From contig OZ024741.1 in the NCBI GenBank assembly GCA_964016885.1, forward strand, positions 343,728,001 to 343,792,000: DNA of 64,000 nucleotides, given 5' to 3'. The position numbers and the translations under genes are program-made. This DNA is from Eledone cirrhosa (lineage: Eukaryota). Of this stretch, positions 13,733 to 30,980 are shown one piece after another. Below the pieces are notes generated by a model that saw only the letters and a list, made by a program, of their open reading frames with translations, ran no database searches and was not told the origin of the DNA. Each line of letters starts with the position of its first letter. Position 1 is the stretch's first letter.

Positions 13733-14341
13733 TGGTGGCTGCCAACTCGTTTTCGAGTACGGCCACTACTTTATATCCATGTAGGAGAACCCCTACCGAT
13801 GCGCTAAACAAGTGTGACTTTTTAATCCAGCCAGCGACTTGAAAACTCTGGTACAAACACTACACCTGTGACAATTATTGACACATAGTGCTGGGCCCAT
13901 GGTACCATGTAACGACAAGTGCAGAAAGATCTCCAGATATAAAGCAATGCCTGTGCCGTGAAGCCTTTATAGTGAGCAAAGGCACTGCACAAAGCCAGTC
14001 CCACTCCCTTAACCAAGATGATATTTACCAAAAAGAAGAACAAGTCAACATCATTGGATACCATCAGGGTTGCAGGTGTTATATCAGAGTTTTCCTTCTC
14101 CTAGAATTCTGCCTTGACAAAGGCTAAGGCGTCATCTCTCCCGGTGATTTTGGATGGCCATTGACTCTTAAGAGCTCCTTTGCCTTTGACAGGTTTTGTT
14201 TTTAGTCCTGCAGGATGTCCAAAGTCAACCTCCTCACCAAGAAACCTTGGAGGGGTTGCCAGTTTAGTCGCCAACGACCCGACCATGAGACAGGTTGTAC
14301 TGGGATACATGTTACCAGTAGCACCAAGTGGTGACCTGACA
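13733..14341 (-). mobile_element. ~610-bp non-coding repeat, copy 2
   Basis: Reverse complement of 2921-3530; embedded in (TACA)n. Confidence 0.8.
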
Positions 14342-15068
14342 CATACATACATACGTACATACATACGTTCATAGATAGACACATAGACCTGACACATACA
14401 TACATACGTACATAGATACATACATACATAACAAAAATGAATATTTGAAAAAAAAAATTGTTTAATTTGCATATTTGAAATTTGAATGTATAATTAACTA
14501 ATTTGCATATTTATTAGTTAATGAAGTAGTTCGTATTCTAAAATATACAGCGGAGTACAAGTAAGAAACATACCAAAGTTTATGTGTACTACTTGCAGAA
14601 GCTAAAATATTTCATTTTACGCATATTAGTTAGTTGAATTATTGATCAGTTTTACATTTGCAGGTGGTATTTTTGCTTAGATCTGCATATTTAATAGTCT
14701 GGTGTAACATTAGACATACATTCTGTTTATGAACTGAAAAATAATCCCGATCTGTGAAAAGCTGCTGGTATTTCTTAGTGATTTTAAGGTACTTACTTCT
14801 TAAAGGACACGGTTTGAAAATCCCAACACATACCCCAACATTCACAAACACACATACACATGCATACACAAACACACACTCCCTCACACACACACACACA
14901 TATATATATATATTTACATGTATATGTATATATATATATATATATATGTTGACTTACACTTCTTAATTTTTACATTACTCAGGTGTAAGCAAACCAACCT
15001 GCGCATTTCGTTGACTGCTCCGACCTGCATATTATGGAGTCGGTAAACAACCAACGCATACTCAAAAT

Positions 15069-15157
<89 letters not shown>

Positions 15158-15194
15158 GTATATAGTTATTTAATAAACAATATAAGAAAATTAT

Positions 15195-15252
15195 TTCATT
15201 TACCAGTGGTTTCTTGAAGACAGATGTGTCTGTCTTCAGTCGTCAGAATGAA
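15195..15252 (-). ncRNA. Type I hammerhead ribozyme, intact core
   Basis: ttcatt-CTGACGA-c-tgaagacaga-caca-tctgtcttca-a-GAAA-CC-ACT-GG-TA-aatgaa on the minus strand. Confidence 0.88.
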
Positions 15253-15895
15253 TAAAAAAAACATGGTGTATTTATTAAATATGGATTTGATAACAAAATT
15301 TAGGAAATATGAAAGTGAGGCCGAAAAAAACGGGCGAAAAGGACATAGGGGAAAAAAATGAAAATATATATATATAAATATATATATCCAGAACGTAAAG
15401 ATACACACACTCAACTACGCGTATATACTAAAAAGTACGTAGACGTATACTTTCTCACACAAGCGTATTTGCGTCTACATAGAAATATGGACAGGAACAT
15501 AAATACATACACATACATATACACAGATATATTCAAAAATACATTCACATACATATACACAGATATATATGCACTCAAAAATGTACACACGAATACGGAG
15601 AGTAGTTAAATAAATAAATAAGAACAAAACATACAAAAAATATGTATATATATATATATATATAAGAAAGTAAAAATAAAAATCGAAAACAAAATCAAAA
15701 TAAAATAAAAAAGGGGGACATGTTGACAACGATAGGTGTGACTGTGTGGAGGGGAGGGGGTATAAATAAAAACAACTTAAATCTAAACAAATACACAAGA
15801 CATGCATAACCATATATATATATATATAGATACATACACATATACACCTATACATGCATACATACCTATGCACGCATGCAAACACACGTATAAAT

Positions 15896-15927
<32 letters not shown>

Positions 15928-15961
15928 TAAATATACGTACGCATACACATACATGTGCATA

Positions 15962-16004
<43 letters not shown>

Positions 16005-16394
16005 GCACACACATACCCACACACACAAATATATGCACACATACATACATACACATACAAAAAAACTCTACAATAAAATAGAAAAATGAATCGCACACGC
16101 GCACGCAATAAGAAATCAACACACGCATACAAATAAACATATATCATGTATATATGTGTATATATGTCTGTATGAATTTACGTATATGTTTATGTTTATT
16201 TGTATGCGTGTGTTGATTTCTTATTGCGTGCGTGTGTGCGCACGCGTATGTGTACGTATGTACGTGGGCTATGTACCTTTGAGATTCATTTTTCTATTTT
16301 ATTGTAGTGTTTCTTTGTATGTGTATGTATGTGGATGTGTGTCTATGTATGTATGTGTGTATATATTTATGTGTGTGTGTGTGTGTGTGTGTGC

Positions 16395-16441
<47 letters not shown>

Positions 16442-16730
16442 TATGCACATGTATGTGTTTGCGTACGTATATTTATTTTATATATATATATGCACATATA
16501 TACGTGTGTGTTTGCATGTTTGCATAGGTATGTATGCATGTTTAGGTGTATATGTGTATGTATGTATATATATATATATATATGGTTATGCATATCTTGT
16601 GTATTTGTTTATATTTAAGTTGTTTTTATTTATACCCCCTCCCCTCCACACAGTCACACCTATCGTTGTCAACACGTCCCCCTTTTTTATTTTATTTTCA
16701 TTTTGTTTTCGATTTTGATTTATATATATA

Positions 16731-16777
<47 letters not shown>

Positions 16778-16808
16778 AATATATACATATATATATATAT
16801 ATATACAC

Positions 16809-16848
<40 letters not shown>

Positions 16849-17689
16849 CATATATACATATATATATACATACATACACACACATACATATAAATATAAA
16901 AACACGTATATATGTAATTACACATAATCTGTATGCATATGTGCCCACATATAACCTTATGCGAGTACACTTAAAAACCTATTGGACAAGTAAGGAGAAA
17001 GGGGAGTAAAGCTGAACTAAAATAAAATAATAAAAACAATTATTAAGAACAGGTAAGGGAGAAAAGGGGTGTAAAAGTTGCAGTAGAGAGTAAGTGTTTG
17101 TGATGAGATCTGGATAAGGGTATATAGTTAAAAAGCGATTTCGGTAAAGGATGAGGGTGGTGGGCTGTTATGTATTAAGGTATGGTAGATAGTAGGCGGG
17201 GGGGGGGGGGTATAAATCAAATGATATATAGATAGAGATGAGGGAGAATAAGTAAATATTGGTAGAAAGTATATGTTCATAAGGTAATGAAATTGGTAGT
17301 GAGTGAAAGGCGTGATAAGTAAAGAAGAAGCTCAAGGCGGTTGAGTAATCGTTGGTATGTTAATCCAGTTAAAATGTAGATGCGATTTCAGGTGGGGACA
17401 ACATCTAAAGATCTCGGTCTTAGAGTTGAGACGGGTGGTAGGAGTTTTCAAGTTTTGGAGAATTTTTAGAATTCTCCAAATGAGTATATATGTGTTTATA
17501 TGTGTGTATAGGTTTACATATATGTTTAATTGTATGCGTGTGTTGATTTCTTATTGCGTGCGTGTGTGCACAAGGTGTGGTAGATAGTAGTTGGGGTGGG
17601 TGGGGGGTGTAAGTCAAATGATATATATATATATATATATCATGTAAGTCAAATGATATATATATATATATCATGTAAGTCAAATGATA

Positions 17690-19376
17690 TATATATGTTA
17701 ACAGATAGCATTACGGCTAAATATCAAATATCTAATATTAATATGTACAATACTATTAATAATGAAGTTAAAGCTCTAGCTAGTACCTTAAAAACAGACA
17801 ATCGGATTGAAAGCCTAGCTAAACATAAAGCATATATTACCCTTAAAGACCATAAATTAGAATTTACTAATCGACCTTGTTGTAGACTAATCAACCCTGC
17901 TAAATGTGAAATTGGCCTTGCGAGTAAAACAATCTTAAGAAAAATATTACTTCAAATAAGAACTATGACTGACTTATCTCAATGGTTAAATACATCCTCT
18001 GTTATTTCTTGGTTTAATAACATACAAGGAAAAAATAAGTGTAGATTTACCCATTTTGATATTGTTGATTTTTACCCCTCTATTACTGAATCCTTATTAA
18101 CAAAAGCCTTAGATTTTGCTAGACTTTTTATTAATCTTTTTAAATTAGAAGAAGACGTTATCTTTCACGCTAGGAAAACACTACTCTTTACTAATGAAGG
18201 TACTTGGGTTAAAACATCAAGCCCTGAAAACTATTTTGATGTTGGATGGGCTCATATGATAGTGCCGATGTGTGCGACTTAGTAGGATTATTCCTTCTCC
18301 ACACCCTTAAAGAGAAATTTTTTTGCCATAATATCAGTTTATACCGAGACGACGGTTTGGCAGTTTCTCATACCACCAACGGCCATAACCTTGATAAATT
18401 CCGTAAAGACTTAATCAATAACTTTGCTAACCTAAACCTTAAAATTACTATAGATACGAATCTTACTAATACTAACTTTCTTGATATCACCGTCTCATTT
18501 AAACCTTATCATAAACCTAATGAAAATTTAAGATATATACACAAAGAGTCTTGCCATCCCCCTTTAGTCTTTAAAAACCATATTCCTAACATTAGCGGTA
18601 GGATCCCTACCTTATCTTCGTCTATAGACATTTTTAACAAAGCCGCCCATATTTACCTACTCCCCTTTCTAACACTAAACACAACAACAGGGAAAGAAAA
18701 ATTATTTGGTTTACCCCCCCCCCCTTCTCTCTAACTGTTAAAACTAACGTAGGAAGAAAATTCCTCGACCTCCTTGACAAACATTTTCCCCGTAATCATA
18801 GATACAATTATATATTCAAAAGAAATGTAGTTAAAATCAGTTACTCTTGCTGCCCATCAATGAAAACTAAAATTACTAACTCTAATGGTACTAGAGTAAA
18901 TCCAGGATGCAGTTGCAGGAAGCCGGAAGAATGCCCATTACAGGTTAAATGTAATACCAAATCTATTGTGTGAGGCCAAATTGACACCAATGATTAATAA
19001 CCAGCCAGCAAGGAGTGAACGATATGTTGGCATGACTGAGGACCGATTTAAAACCAGGTATTATGCACATGTCGCTTCTGTTAAACACCGTGAAAAAAGA
19101 ACAGGAACGGCGCTTGCAAATAAAGTGTGGGAGTTCAAAGACAAAAACATTCCGTACACTATTGATTGGTCTACTTTAGACCATTCAAGAGAATACCAAA
19201 GGGGCACAAAGAAATGTTCTTTGTGTACTACAGAAAAATTTAGAATTCTCCAGAACTTGAAAACCCCTACCACTTGTCTCAACTCTAAGACCGAGATCTT
19301 TAGATGTTGTCCGCACCTGAAATCGCATCTACATTTTAACTGGATTAACATACCAACGATTACTCAACCACCTTGA
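17690..19376 (+). pseudogene. Frameshifted PLE RT + C-terminal GIY-YIG endonuclease with CxCx5Cx5C linker (Hydra-clade-like, tentative)
   Basis: RLINPAK, FDIVDFYPS, MGSYDSADVCDLVG, LYRDDGL; CSCRKPEECPLQVKC at 18908-18952; YVGMTE..FKTRY; CSLCTTEK..CPH. Confidence 0.88.
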
Positions 19377-19685
19377 GCTTCTTCTTTACTTATCACACTT
19401 TCCACTCACTTCCAATTTCATTACCTTTTGAACACATACTTTCTACCAATATATACTTTTTCTCCCTCATCTCTTTCTATATATCATTTGACTTACACCC
19501 CCCTACTATCTACCATACCTTTAATACATACACACACACCACCTTTATCCTTTACCCAGATCACTTTTTAACTATATACCCTTATCCAGATCTCATCACA
19601 AACACTTACTCTCTACTGCAACATTTACACCCCTTTTCTCCCTTACCTGTTCTTAATAATTGTTTTTATTTTTTTATTTTAGTTC

Positions 19686-19868
19686 GATTGGCAGTATCGG
19701 TAGAAGGTAGGACGCCATGCTTTCCAGCAAAGAGTTACGGCCCTTTATGGTCTGAGTTCAAATCACGCCGAGAGTAACTTTGCCTTTCATCCTTACGGGG
19801 TCGATAAAATAAAGTACCAGTAATACACTGGAATAATTGCTGGCCTTGTGCCAAAAGTAGAAACAATT
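19686..19868 (+). mobile_element. Meta-domain SINE inserted into the PLE pLTR, with 14-bp TSD
   Basis: TSD ttttattttagttc at 19672-19685 and 19870-19883. The site is empty in the pLTR copies near 17015, 24905 and 25180. Confidence 0.85.
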
Positions 19869-20017
19869 ATTTTATTTTAGTTCAGTTTTACTCCTCTTTG
19901 TCCTTACTTATCCACTAGGTTTTTAATTGTACTCACATAAGGTTATATGTGGGCGCATATGTACTTACATATATACGTGTTTTTATATTTATATGTATGT
20001 GTGTGAGTGTGTGTATG

Positions 20018-20100
<83 letters not shown>

Positions 20101-20167
20101 TTGTATGTATAAATATATATGTACAATGATATTAAATAAATGGAAACTATATTTATAAAACCATATT

Positions 20168-20231
20168 TATTTTATTATATATATTTCAAGGGTACCAAGA
20201 CATCATTGGTACGCTTTCATCAGATAAAATA
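20168..20231 (-). ncRNA. Minimal type I hammerhead ribozyme, intact core
   Basis: tattttat-CTGATGA-aagcgtaccaa..ttggtaccctt-GAAA-T-ATAT-A-TA-ataaaata. Confidence 0.85.
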
Positions 20232-22574
20232 CAAAGTTTGTTTTATAAATAGAGACGTGCCCATGAAAATCATACCTTATCGATTGGAAATTCACTGGAT
20301 AATGGAAATATATTAGGGATTATTCAAACGTATGTGTGAGTATGCAAATGAATATGTAAATAATTGAAAAACAACCGTTTATTTAAACGAATATGGAGAG
20401 AGAAGAGATAAGGGGAGAAGGATAAAAATAGTACGAGAGAGAGTGAGAGAAAAATAAACAAAAGAAGATGAATAAACTCATATAACGTTAATTTGAGGGA
20501 AATATATTCTAAGTATATATCTTAACAGTACGTGTATTTACGATTATTAGTTGTTTAAAATTCATTTATAATATAATATATTCTTTTATAAGTAGATAAA
20601 TAAATAAATACATAAATAAATAAATAAATAAATAAATAAGTAAATAGAAGGGTATACCATGTTATAGATAATTGTTCTAATGAGTTATGAGGGATATTGT
20701 TTTTTTATTTAATGTAAATAAATATTAAGTTAAATTAACTGAGTTAATAAGAATATCTATATTTATGTTTTAAAATGGGAAGATACGGAAAAACTCCAGT
20801 TTAATTTATTTATTCGTTAGTGTGAGACTATTTAGTCAAAATAAGTATAGATGCTGAAAGATACATTTAGCCATAATCAGTTAGTGGTTATAAATCTATT
20901 AAAGAATATTGAAAAAATATTAAAAATTTGAGAAATTCTTTTTTTAAAATAATTTATAAGAGATAAGTAATTTTTAAAGAAATAAAAATTAAAGAAATAA
21001 AAATAAAGAATTAAAAATTATTAAAATTAAAATTACAATTAAAATAATAAAAAAATTAGAATTATATACGTATATATTTTATGAAACTTTAAGAAGTGGA
21101 ATTATAGCAAATGTTATAGATATGATTTAGAGATATCAATATATTAAAATCAAGTGGATAAGATTGTTATGGATATAAGTATAATTATAATTTATATATA
21201 GTTCTGAATGTTGAATTCAGGCGATGTCTACAAGAATTAAATAAATTCTTTCCTAGATTAATAGAGTTCTTACATTTAAGTATGAAAAAAATTTCCTCAA
21301 CACACAATTTGCAGAATCTAGTTAAAGCTGCGTTTGAGTACGCGGGTGCTTTTTTAAACTGTTTCCCAAGCTAATGAATAGTCCATATTCTTGCATTTTA
21401 AGTTCCTTATCAGGTTTGAAAGAGAAGTTGAAGATTTTTTATCAAATCTTCGGAAAGAGCATTTGTGGTTAGTCCAGCCACTTTTAAATTCTGTAGAAGT
21501 TGCACTGACATAGTTAAATATATTATCACTGGTTTTAACTGTATATTTATATACCACGTCCTTATCTAAACACTTATTTTGTAAAGGATAGTTTGATTTA
21601 ATATTCATTTTAATATTTAATATTCATTTCCATAACAATCTTATCTACTTGGTTTTAATATATTGATATCTCTAAATCATAATATCTATAACATTTTCTA
21701 TAATTCTACTTCTTAAAGTTTCATAAAATATATACGTATATAATTCTAATTTTTTTAAAATTTTAATTGTAATTTTAATTTTAATAATTTTTAATTCTTT
21801 ATTTTTATTTCTTTAATTTTTATTTCTTTAAAAATTACTTCTCTTATAAATTATTATTTTTTTTAATTTTCTCAATATTTTAATATTTTTTCAATAATTT
21901 TTAATAGATTTACAACCACTAACTGATTTTGGCTAAATGTATCTTTCAACATCTATACATATTTTGACTAAATAGTCTCACACTAACGAATAAATAAATT
22001 AAACTGGAGTTTTTCCGTATCTTCCCATTTTAAAACATATAAATATAAATATTCTTATTAACTCAGTTAATTTAATTTAATTTAACTTAATATTTATTTA
22101 CATTAAATACAAAACCAATATCCCTCATAACTCATTAGAACAATTATCTATAACATGATATACCCATCTATTTATTTATTTATTTATTTATTTATGTATT
22201 TATTTATTTATCTACTTATAACAGAAAATATTATATTATAAACGAATTTTAAACAATTAGTAATCGTAAATAAACATACTATTAAGATATATACTTAGAA
22301 TATATTTCCTTCAAATTAACGTTATATGAGTTTTATTTATCTTCTCTTGTTTATTTCTTCTCTCTCTCGTACTATTTTTATCCTTCTACCCTTATCTCTT
22401 CTCTCTCTCCATAGTCGTTTTAATAAACGGTTGTTTTTTCAATTATTTACATATTCATTTTCATATTCACACATAAGTTTGAATAATCCCTAATATATTT
22501 CCACTATCCAGTGAATTTCCAACCGATAAGGTACGATTTTCATGGGTACGTCTCTATTTATAAAACAAACGTTC

Positions 22575-22638
22575 TATTTTATCTCATGAAAGCGTACCAA
22601 TGCTGTCTTGGTACCCTTGAAATATATATAATAAAATA
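22575..22638 (+). ncRNA. Mirror HHR copy with a G5-to-C core mutation (CTCATGA), probably inactive
   Basis: Same stems as 20168-20231; core reads ctcatga. Confidence 0.7.
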
Positions 22639-23072
22639 AATATGGTTTTATAAATATAGTTTCCATTTATTTAATATCATTGAATATTTACCCAGTAAAC
22701 TGTTGAGTGCTCTAAATCGGTTATAAACATTTATATTTGTCGGACTTCCAACAAATTAAATTCCCCTTCTACTTATATATATATATGTACATATTTGTTT
22801 ATATGTATTTGTATATATGTATGCATGTGTTTGTATATATGTTTTGTGTATATGTGTGTATGGATTTACGTAAATGTTTATGTTTATTTGTATGCGTGTG
22901 TTGATTTCTTATTGTGTGCGTGTGTGCGCACGCGTATGTGTACGTATGTACGTGGGCTATGTACCTTTGAGATTCATTTTTCTATTTTATTGTAGTGTTT
23001 TTTTTGTATGTATAAGCATGTGGAGCTGTGTGGCTATGCATGTATGTGTGTGTATATATATGTGTGTGTGTA

Positions 23073-23109
<37 letters not shown>

Positions 23110-23824
23110 GTATGCACATGTATGTGTATGTGTACGTATATTTATTTTATATTTATATATATACACATATATGTGTGTGTGTTTGCATGTGTGTATAGTT
23201 ACGTATGCATGTATATGCGTATATGTGTATGTATGTGTGTGTGTATATATATATATATATTTGGTGATACATATCTTGTGTAATTGTTTAGATTTAAGTT
23301 GTTTTTATTTATACCCCCCTCCCTCCACACAGTCACACCTATCGTTGTCAACATGTCCCCCTTTTTTTACTTTATTTGGATTTTATTTTTTATTTTGATT
23401 TTTACTTTCTTATAAATATATATATATATACATATATTCTTTGTATCTTTTGTTCTTATTTATTTATTTAACTACTCTGCGTATTCGTGTGTACATTTTT
23501 GAGTGCATATATATCTGTGTATATGTATGTGAATGTATTTTTGAATATATCTGTGTATATGTATGTGTATGTATTTATGTTCCTGTCCATATTTCTATGT
23601 AGACGCAAATACGCTTGTGTGAGAAAGTATACGTCTACGTACTTTTTAGTATATACGCGTAGTTGAGTGTGTGTATCTTTACGTTCTGGATATTTATATT
23701 TATATATATATATTTTCATTTTTTTCCCCTATGTCCTTTTCGCCCGTTTTTTTCGGCCTCACTTTCATATTTCCTAAATTTTGTTATCAAATCCATATTT
23801 AATAAATACACCATGTTTTTTTTA

Positions 23825-23868
23825 TTCACTCTGACGACTGAAGACAGACACAACCACTGGTAAACGAA
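23825..23868 (+). ncRNA. Mirror HHR copy lacking the 3' arm of stem II and part of GAAA
   Basis: ctgacgactgaagacagacaca|accactggta: about 14 nt missing relative to 15195-15252. Confidence 0.65.
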
Positions 23869-23982
23869 ATAATTTTCTTATGTTGTTTATTACATAACTA
23901 ATAAGCTCTGTAGCCTACATAGAGCACTCTTTTTCCCCGTACCTTTCTGACGGAAGTACTTCATTTACACCCACAAACACAC

Positions 23983-25715
<1,733 letters not shown>

Positions 25716-25719
<4 letters not shown>

Positions 25720-26783
25720 GACAGCCGAAAAATTTGAAGCAATTACTAACAAAGGCAAAGTTTGACCTTAACAACAAAGACCAATCATTCACTGTATCTA
25801 AATGCAATGATAGTCGATGTGGCACATGTCAATCCATACACACCGCTCAATATATGAACCCCCAAACTGGAAAAATATTCCCAAATGCAAATATGTACTG
25901 TAAAAGCAGAAATCAAATTTACTGCATTAAATGCCCGAATTGTGAAGAACTATATGTCGGTCATACTGGAAATGCATTATCCGAACGTGCACGTGTGCAC
26001 CGACAGAAAATCAGAGACCCAAATGTCCGTCAGATACCCCTGAGTAACCATCTAGCAACATGTGGTCAAAATATATTTATAATTTTTCCATTCTACAAAT
26101 TACACAGCCCAAGTGAAATCAAGAGAAAAATTAAAGAAAACAATGTTATTGATAAATTCCAACCCAAGCTAAATGAACAATAATAATGCTTAGGGATATT
26201 ACTTCTACTATGACTACGCCGACGACCATGTCGCCTACCACAACTAACAACAACAACCACAACAACAATAATAATAATAAGAGTGATGTTGATGGTGATG
26301 ATTACTGAAGACTTTTTATAAAAACCCTAGAAAATGCTATTTTCATCATTTCTAAAAATAGCAAAAGAATTGATGCTTTGGATAGGGTGAAATAGAAATC
26401 GTTAGACATGCTCAACCAACCGTGACGCCTAAACCAATCAGCTTTAGTAATCCAGTGAAACTACACACCGATTGGTCGAAATACAGTTTGCAAAACTTAG
26501 CATTCTGTAGCCGCTTTTCACTGTATGTAAGGCACAAAATTTACCCATCTCATTACAGTTGAAAATTGCAAACTTGACTGTGACCCCAGAATGTGAACCT
26601 GAAGATTGCGAAAGCATGAAAGTACTTGTTCAATTAACACTTAACATTTAATATTCTACCATACTATTTCATTCTAATACCATTATAATTTTAAAGGATT
26701 GTAAATAAAACGAGTAAATCAGACAAAGTTGGAATTCCTTTTATTAATATAATCTTCTATACACAATCGTACACACCCGTGTA

Positions 26784-26785
<2 letters not shown>
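25716..26785 (+). mobile_element. 5'-truncated Neptune-type PLE: GIY-YIG ORF end (25716-26183) plus pLTR
   Basis: KRQPKNLKQLLT, KCNDSRCGTC, IYCIKCPNCEELYVGHTG, RARVHRQ. Begins directly after (TG)n. Confidence 0.88.
26594..26632 (+). ncRNA. Minimal hammerhead ribozyme in the PLE pLTR
   Basis: tgaac-CTGAAGA-t-tgc-gaaa-gca-t-GAAA-GTAC-TT-gttca; palindromic AGTACT at stem III. Confidence 0.75.
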
Positions 26786-26832
<47 letters not shown>

Positions 26833-26942
26833 TAAAATAACAGATTAAAGTTTAAGCAAAGAATCGCTGCTTTCACCCTTAACGGGATCTTCTGAAACTA
26901 ACAAAATCCTCTTTAGATTTTAGTCTACAAATTTATTATTAT

Positions 26943-27009
<67 letters not shown>

Positions 27010-27186
27010 TACATATATATATATATGTTATATATATATGCCTGCATGTACACATGCTTATATGCAAGCATGTATGTATTATAAGACCACAGTACGTGCC
27101 CACACATACACGCGCACATATTACAGGATTATGTACGAAAAGGATAATAAATAAAATAAATAAATAAATAAAAAGTAGAAAATGAA

Positions 27187-27530
27187 TCTTCTTCTTCTTC
27201 TTCTTCTTCTTCTTCTTCTTCTTCTTCTTCTTCTTCTTCTTCTTCTTTTTCTTTTTCTTCTTCTTCTTCTTCTTTTTCTTCTTCTCCCACTTATTCCTGA
27301 GAAGGTCGTGGGGGCGGAGTTATCAAACACTCCTTTCAGCAGGTCCTGTCAGAAGCAACCGTTTCCAATTGATACGGTTGGATCCCCAGGCGAGACCAGC
27401 CAAGCTCATGGATGTTATGCAACCATCTTGCTGGAGACTTTCCCAGAGATTGCTGCCGGATGGTTTTGCCCACAAAATCTGTACAGTAATTCTTTCCAGA
27501 GTCATTCTAACCACATTCCCATAGTATTAG
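27187..27530 (-). mobile_element. 5'-truncated LINE 3' end (RTE-like) with (GAA)n tail
   Basis: ORF 27323-27514 (MVRM..ERITVQILWAKPSG) resembles an RTE-type C-terminus and is followed by (AAG)n on the minus strand. Confidence 0.6.
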
Positions 27531-27719
27531 AGCTGTGATCTCTCAATTTAATACGTAATGCATACGATTGAGCATAGGATTTTGTAGTCAGTGCATGTAT
27601 ACGGTTATTGTACAGAAACATATGTTACAAAATGAACTCTCAATAAATTCTTCCTCCTGAACAATTCTTCCTGCCTAGTTATTCCTCTTTTTCTTGGTAC
27701 CATACTTATTATCATATAT

Positions 27720-27807
27720 ATTTGTGTTGGTGCTCAGAAATAGCGATGTATATACGAATGTACGGTAATTCATATATGCATCGCTGTTTCAGAGCACCAA
27801 CACAAAT
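27720..27807. repeat. Short fold-back (~40-bp arms); related fragment at ~57230-57265
   Basis: tttgtgttggtgctcagaaatagcgatg...catcgctgtttcagagcaccaacacaaa. Confidence 0.7.
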
Positions 27808-28106
27808 TTTTAATTGTTTCTGTGCCGGCAACCGCTCTATGTCAATGAGGTTAAACAGCTCATAAAGATACTTGAAATTCTATAAGAATCCAGCTTCTAC
27901 AGCTCACAGCAAAAATAAGGGATATATAACCTTGATAACCACTAAAAAGTGAGAAACAGTTGTCGGTTATTTCACTTTGCTTTGCTGAAATTAGTTATGT
28001 GACGTTAATCACTACCTTCAAAATGTTTGTTTCATAAAATAAACATACTGCACATTATTAAATATACAATACGTACATTCATATATATATATATACACAC
28101 GCACAC

Positions 28107-28193
<87 letters not shown>

Positions 28194-28366
28194 TTAAGTA
28201 ATAATAATAAATGTGAAGTAATAATAATAAAATACAAAGAGGGCTCGATAAGGACAAATATATATCAAATAGGTAAAAATCATAGAGCGAAAAATCATAG
28301 AGCGAATATTTATTAAAATAAAAGCAGCGATTCTTTGCTTAAACTTTAATCTGTTATTTTAATAAA

Positions 28367-28491
<125 letters not shown>

Positions 28492-28795
28492 ATACACGCA
28501 CACAAACTAGACTAAAACAAAATAATAACGCATATAGCGTGGTTGTTTTCATGGCATATATACTTTAAATTTATTTTCTTCTGGTTCAAAATATATAATA
28601 ATTTCACTTAATAAACTATATGGCTAAGTTCATTAAACGTAGCACGTTTTCTATATGAACCCAGTATCTCTTGTTTTACCCTCTAATAGCCACGAGAAAT
28701 TTACGGATGTCATTATTCACAACCTCAATTACTAAAATTCGGAGCTAATTAGAAAGGGCTTCCGTTATTTTATATATGTTATGCCTGTAAGTAGT

Positions 28796-28842
<47 letters not shown>

Positions 28843-28882
28843 TGTGTGTGTATGTATATATTTATGCATATATATATATTTA

Positions 28883-28961
<79 letters not shown>

Positions 28962-29281
28962 AAGTATGTGTCTATAACTATGTGTGAATGAGTTTGTGTA
29001 TGTGTGTATGTATATATGTATCTATATATGTATCTATACATATAATGTGTATGCGTGTTTGTATGAGATTCTGTGTGCTTGAGACAGTGAGTGTAGATAA
29101 TATATACCCATATACACGGACATATATTATGTGGTTGTCCCCAAAGTCAGTCAGGAGATTAAGATCTCAAAATCAATTAATGTTTCTTTATGTTAATTAT
29201 TTAGAGTTAATTTAATTAAAAGGTTATTAAAATTTTAAAGTCTTCCTTTACATTTGGGACACACATTATGTTTCTCTAACT

Positions 29282-29317
<36 letters not shown>

Positions 29318-29677
29318 CGCTCCCTTTCTGTCGTTCTCTCTCTCTGTCTCACTCTCTCTCGGTCTCTTTATTCCCTCACCCTCTCTCTCCCTCTCTCTTT
29401 CTATGAAGTGATCTGATTGCAAAGTGAACGTCATAATTATTCCTCTATGCATTTATATACTTACATGCGGGCACATGAATCAATATGAACAGATCGATAT
29501 TGTAATCAGGTGTATCACATCTATATAGACCTCGAATCAATCATCTAGGATACATACGTAACGTTTCCATATATACACAACCTTAAGAAAATCAACCAAG
29601 GAAAGGCAAGACACCGAACGGAAACAAAACAAAACGATAAACAATTTTTTAAGGGAAAACCAGAAAAAAATTATTTA

Positions 29678-30449
<772 letters not shown>

Positions 30450-30768
30450 TTTAAAAAAAATACGAACGAAGGACAGAGAACTTCATGGTCATCGGCCGTT
30501 AAGATGGACTTCTGCAATTACGACCCCCACCAAGGGCACTGCTGGTCCATCTGGGTTCACAGCGTCTGACATAAGCCAAACGCTGTTCAGTGGAGTAAAA
30601 CAACAGAGTCAAAACATTAATTTATAGCAATTAAGCTGTGTGACGTCAGGGGAAAAGTGTGGTGTCTCTCATAGCACGAAAGACATGAATGAAACAAAGA
30701 AAAAAGGAAGAAAAAAGAAAGAATGAAAAAAGCAACAAGAAGAAAGTAAGATAACGTGTTAAAAATAT

Positions 30769-30980
30769 GGTTTCTTATATAGGCACAAGGCCAGCAATTT
30801 TACTGGGGAGGAGAAAGTCGATTAAATCGACCCCAGTGCCTGACTGGTATTTACTTTATCAACCCCGTAAGGATGAAAGGCAAATTTAACCTCGGCGGGA
30901 TTTGAACTCAGATCATAAAGGACCGTAACTCTATGCTTCAAAGCATGGCGTCCGACCATCTACCGATACCGCCAATCCAT
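30769..30980 (-). mobile_element. Meta-domain SINE with 14-bp TSD
   Basis: TSD cgtgttaaaaatat at 30755-30768 and 30981-30994. Confidence 0.88.

Larger units (their letters stand above)
20123..22775 (-). mobile_element. Nested PLE remnant with ~1.05-kb inverted arms (20123-21165 / 21632-22682) around a GIY-YIG fragment
   Basis: ORF 21354-21608 (PLQNKC..VVY..YVSATSTEFK). Arms are reverse complements; tail 22683-22775. Confidence 0.85.
15163..23965 (+). mobile_element. Composite Penelope-like element: inverted pLTR segments (15163-16140, 16927-17480), RT-EN body, pLTR (19376-20110 and 22790-23900) and tail
   Basis: 15163-16140 is the reverse complement of ~22870-23900, and 16927-17480 of ~19235-19960. 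Interrupted by a SINE and by the 20123-22775 element. Confidence 0.75.

Noticed and set aside
20123-22682. Large inverted repeats as assembly or chimeric-read artefacts
   Set aside because: The arms differ by many substitutions and indels, one pLTR copy has a private SINE insertion, and the arms follow a consistent arm-plus-tail layout.
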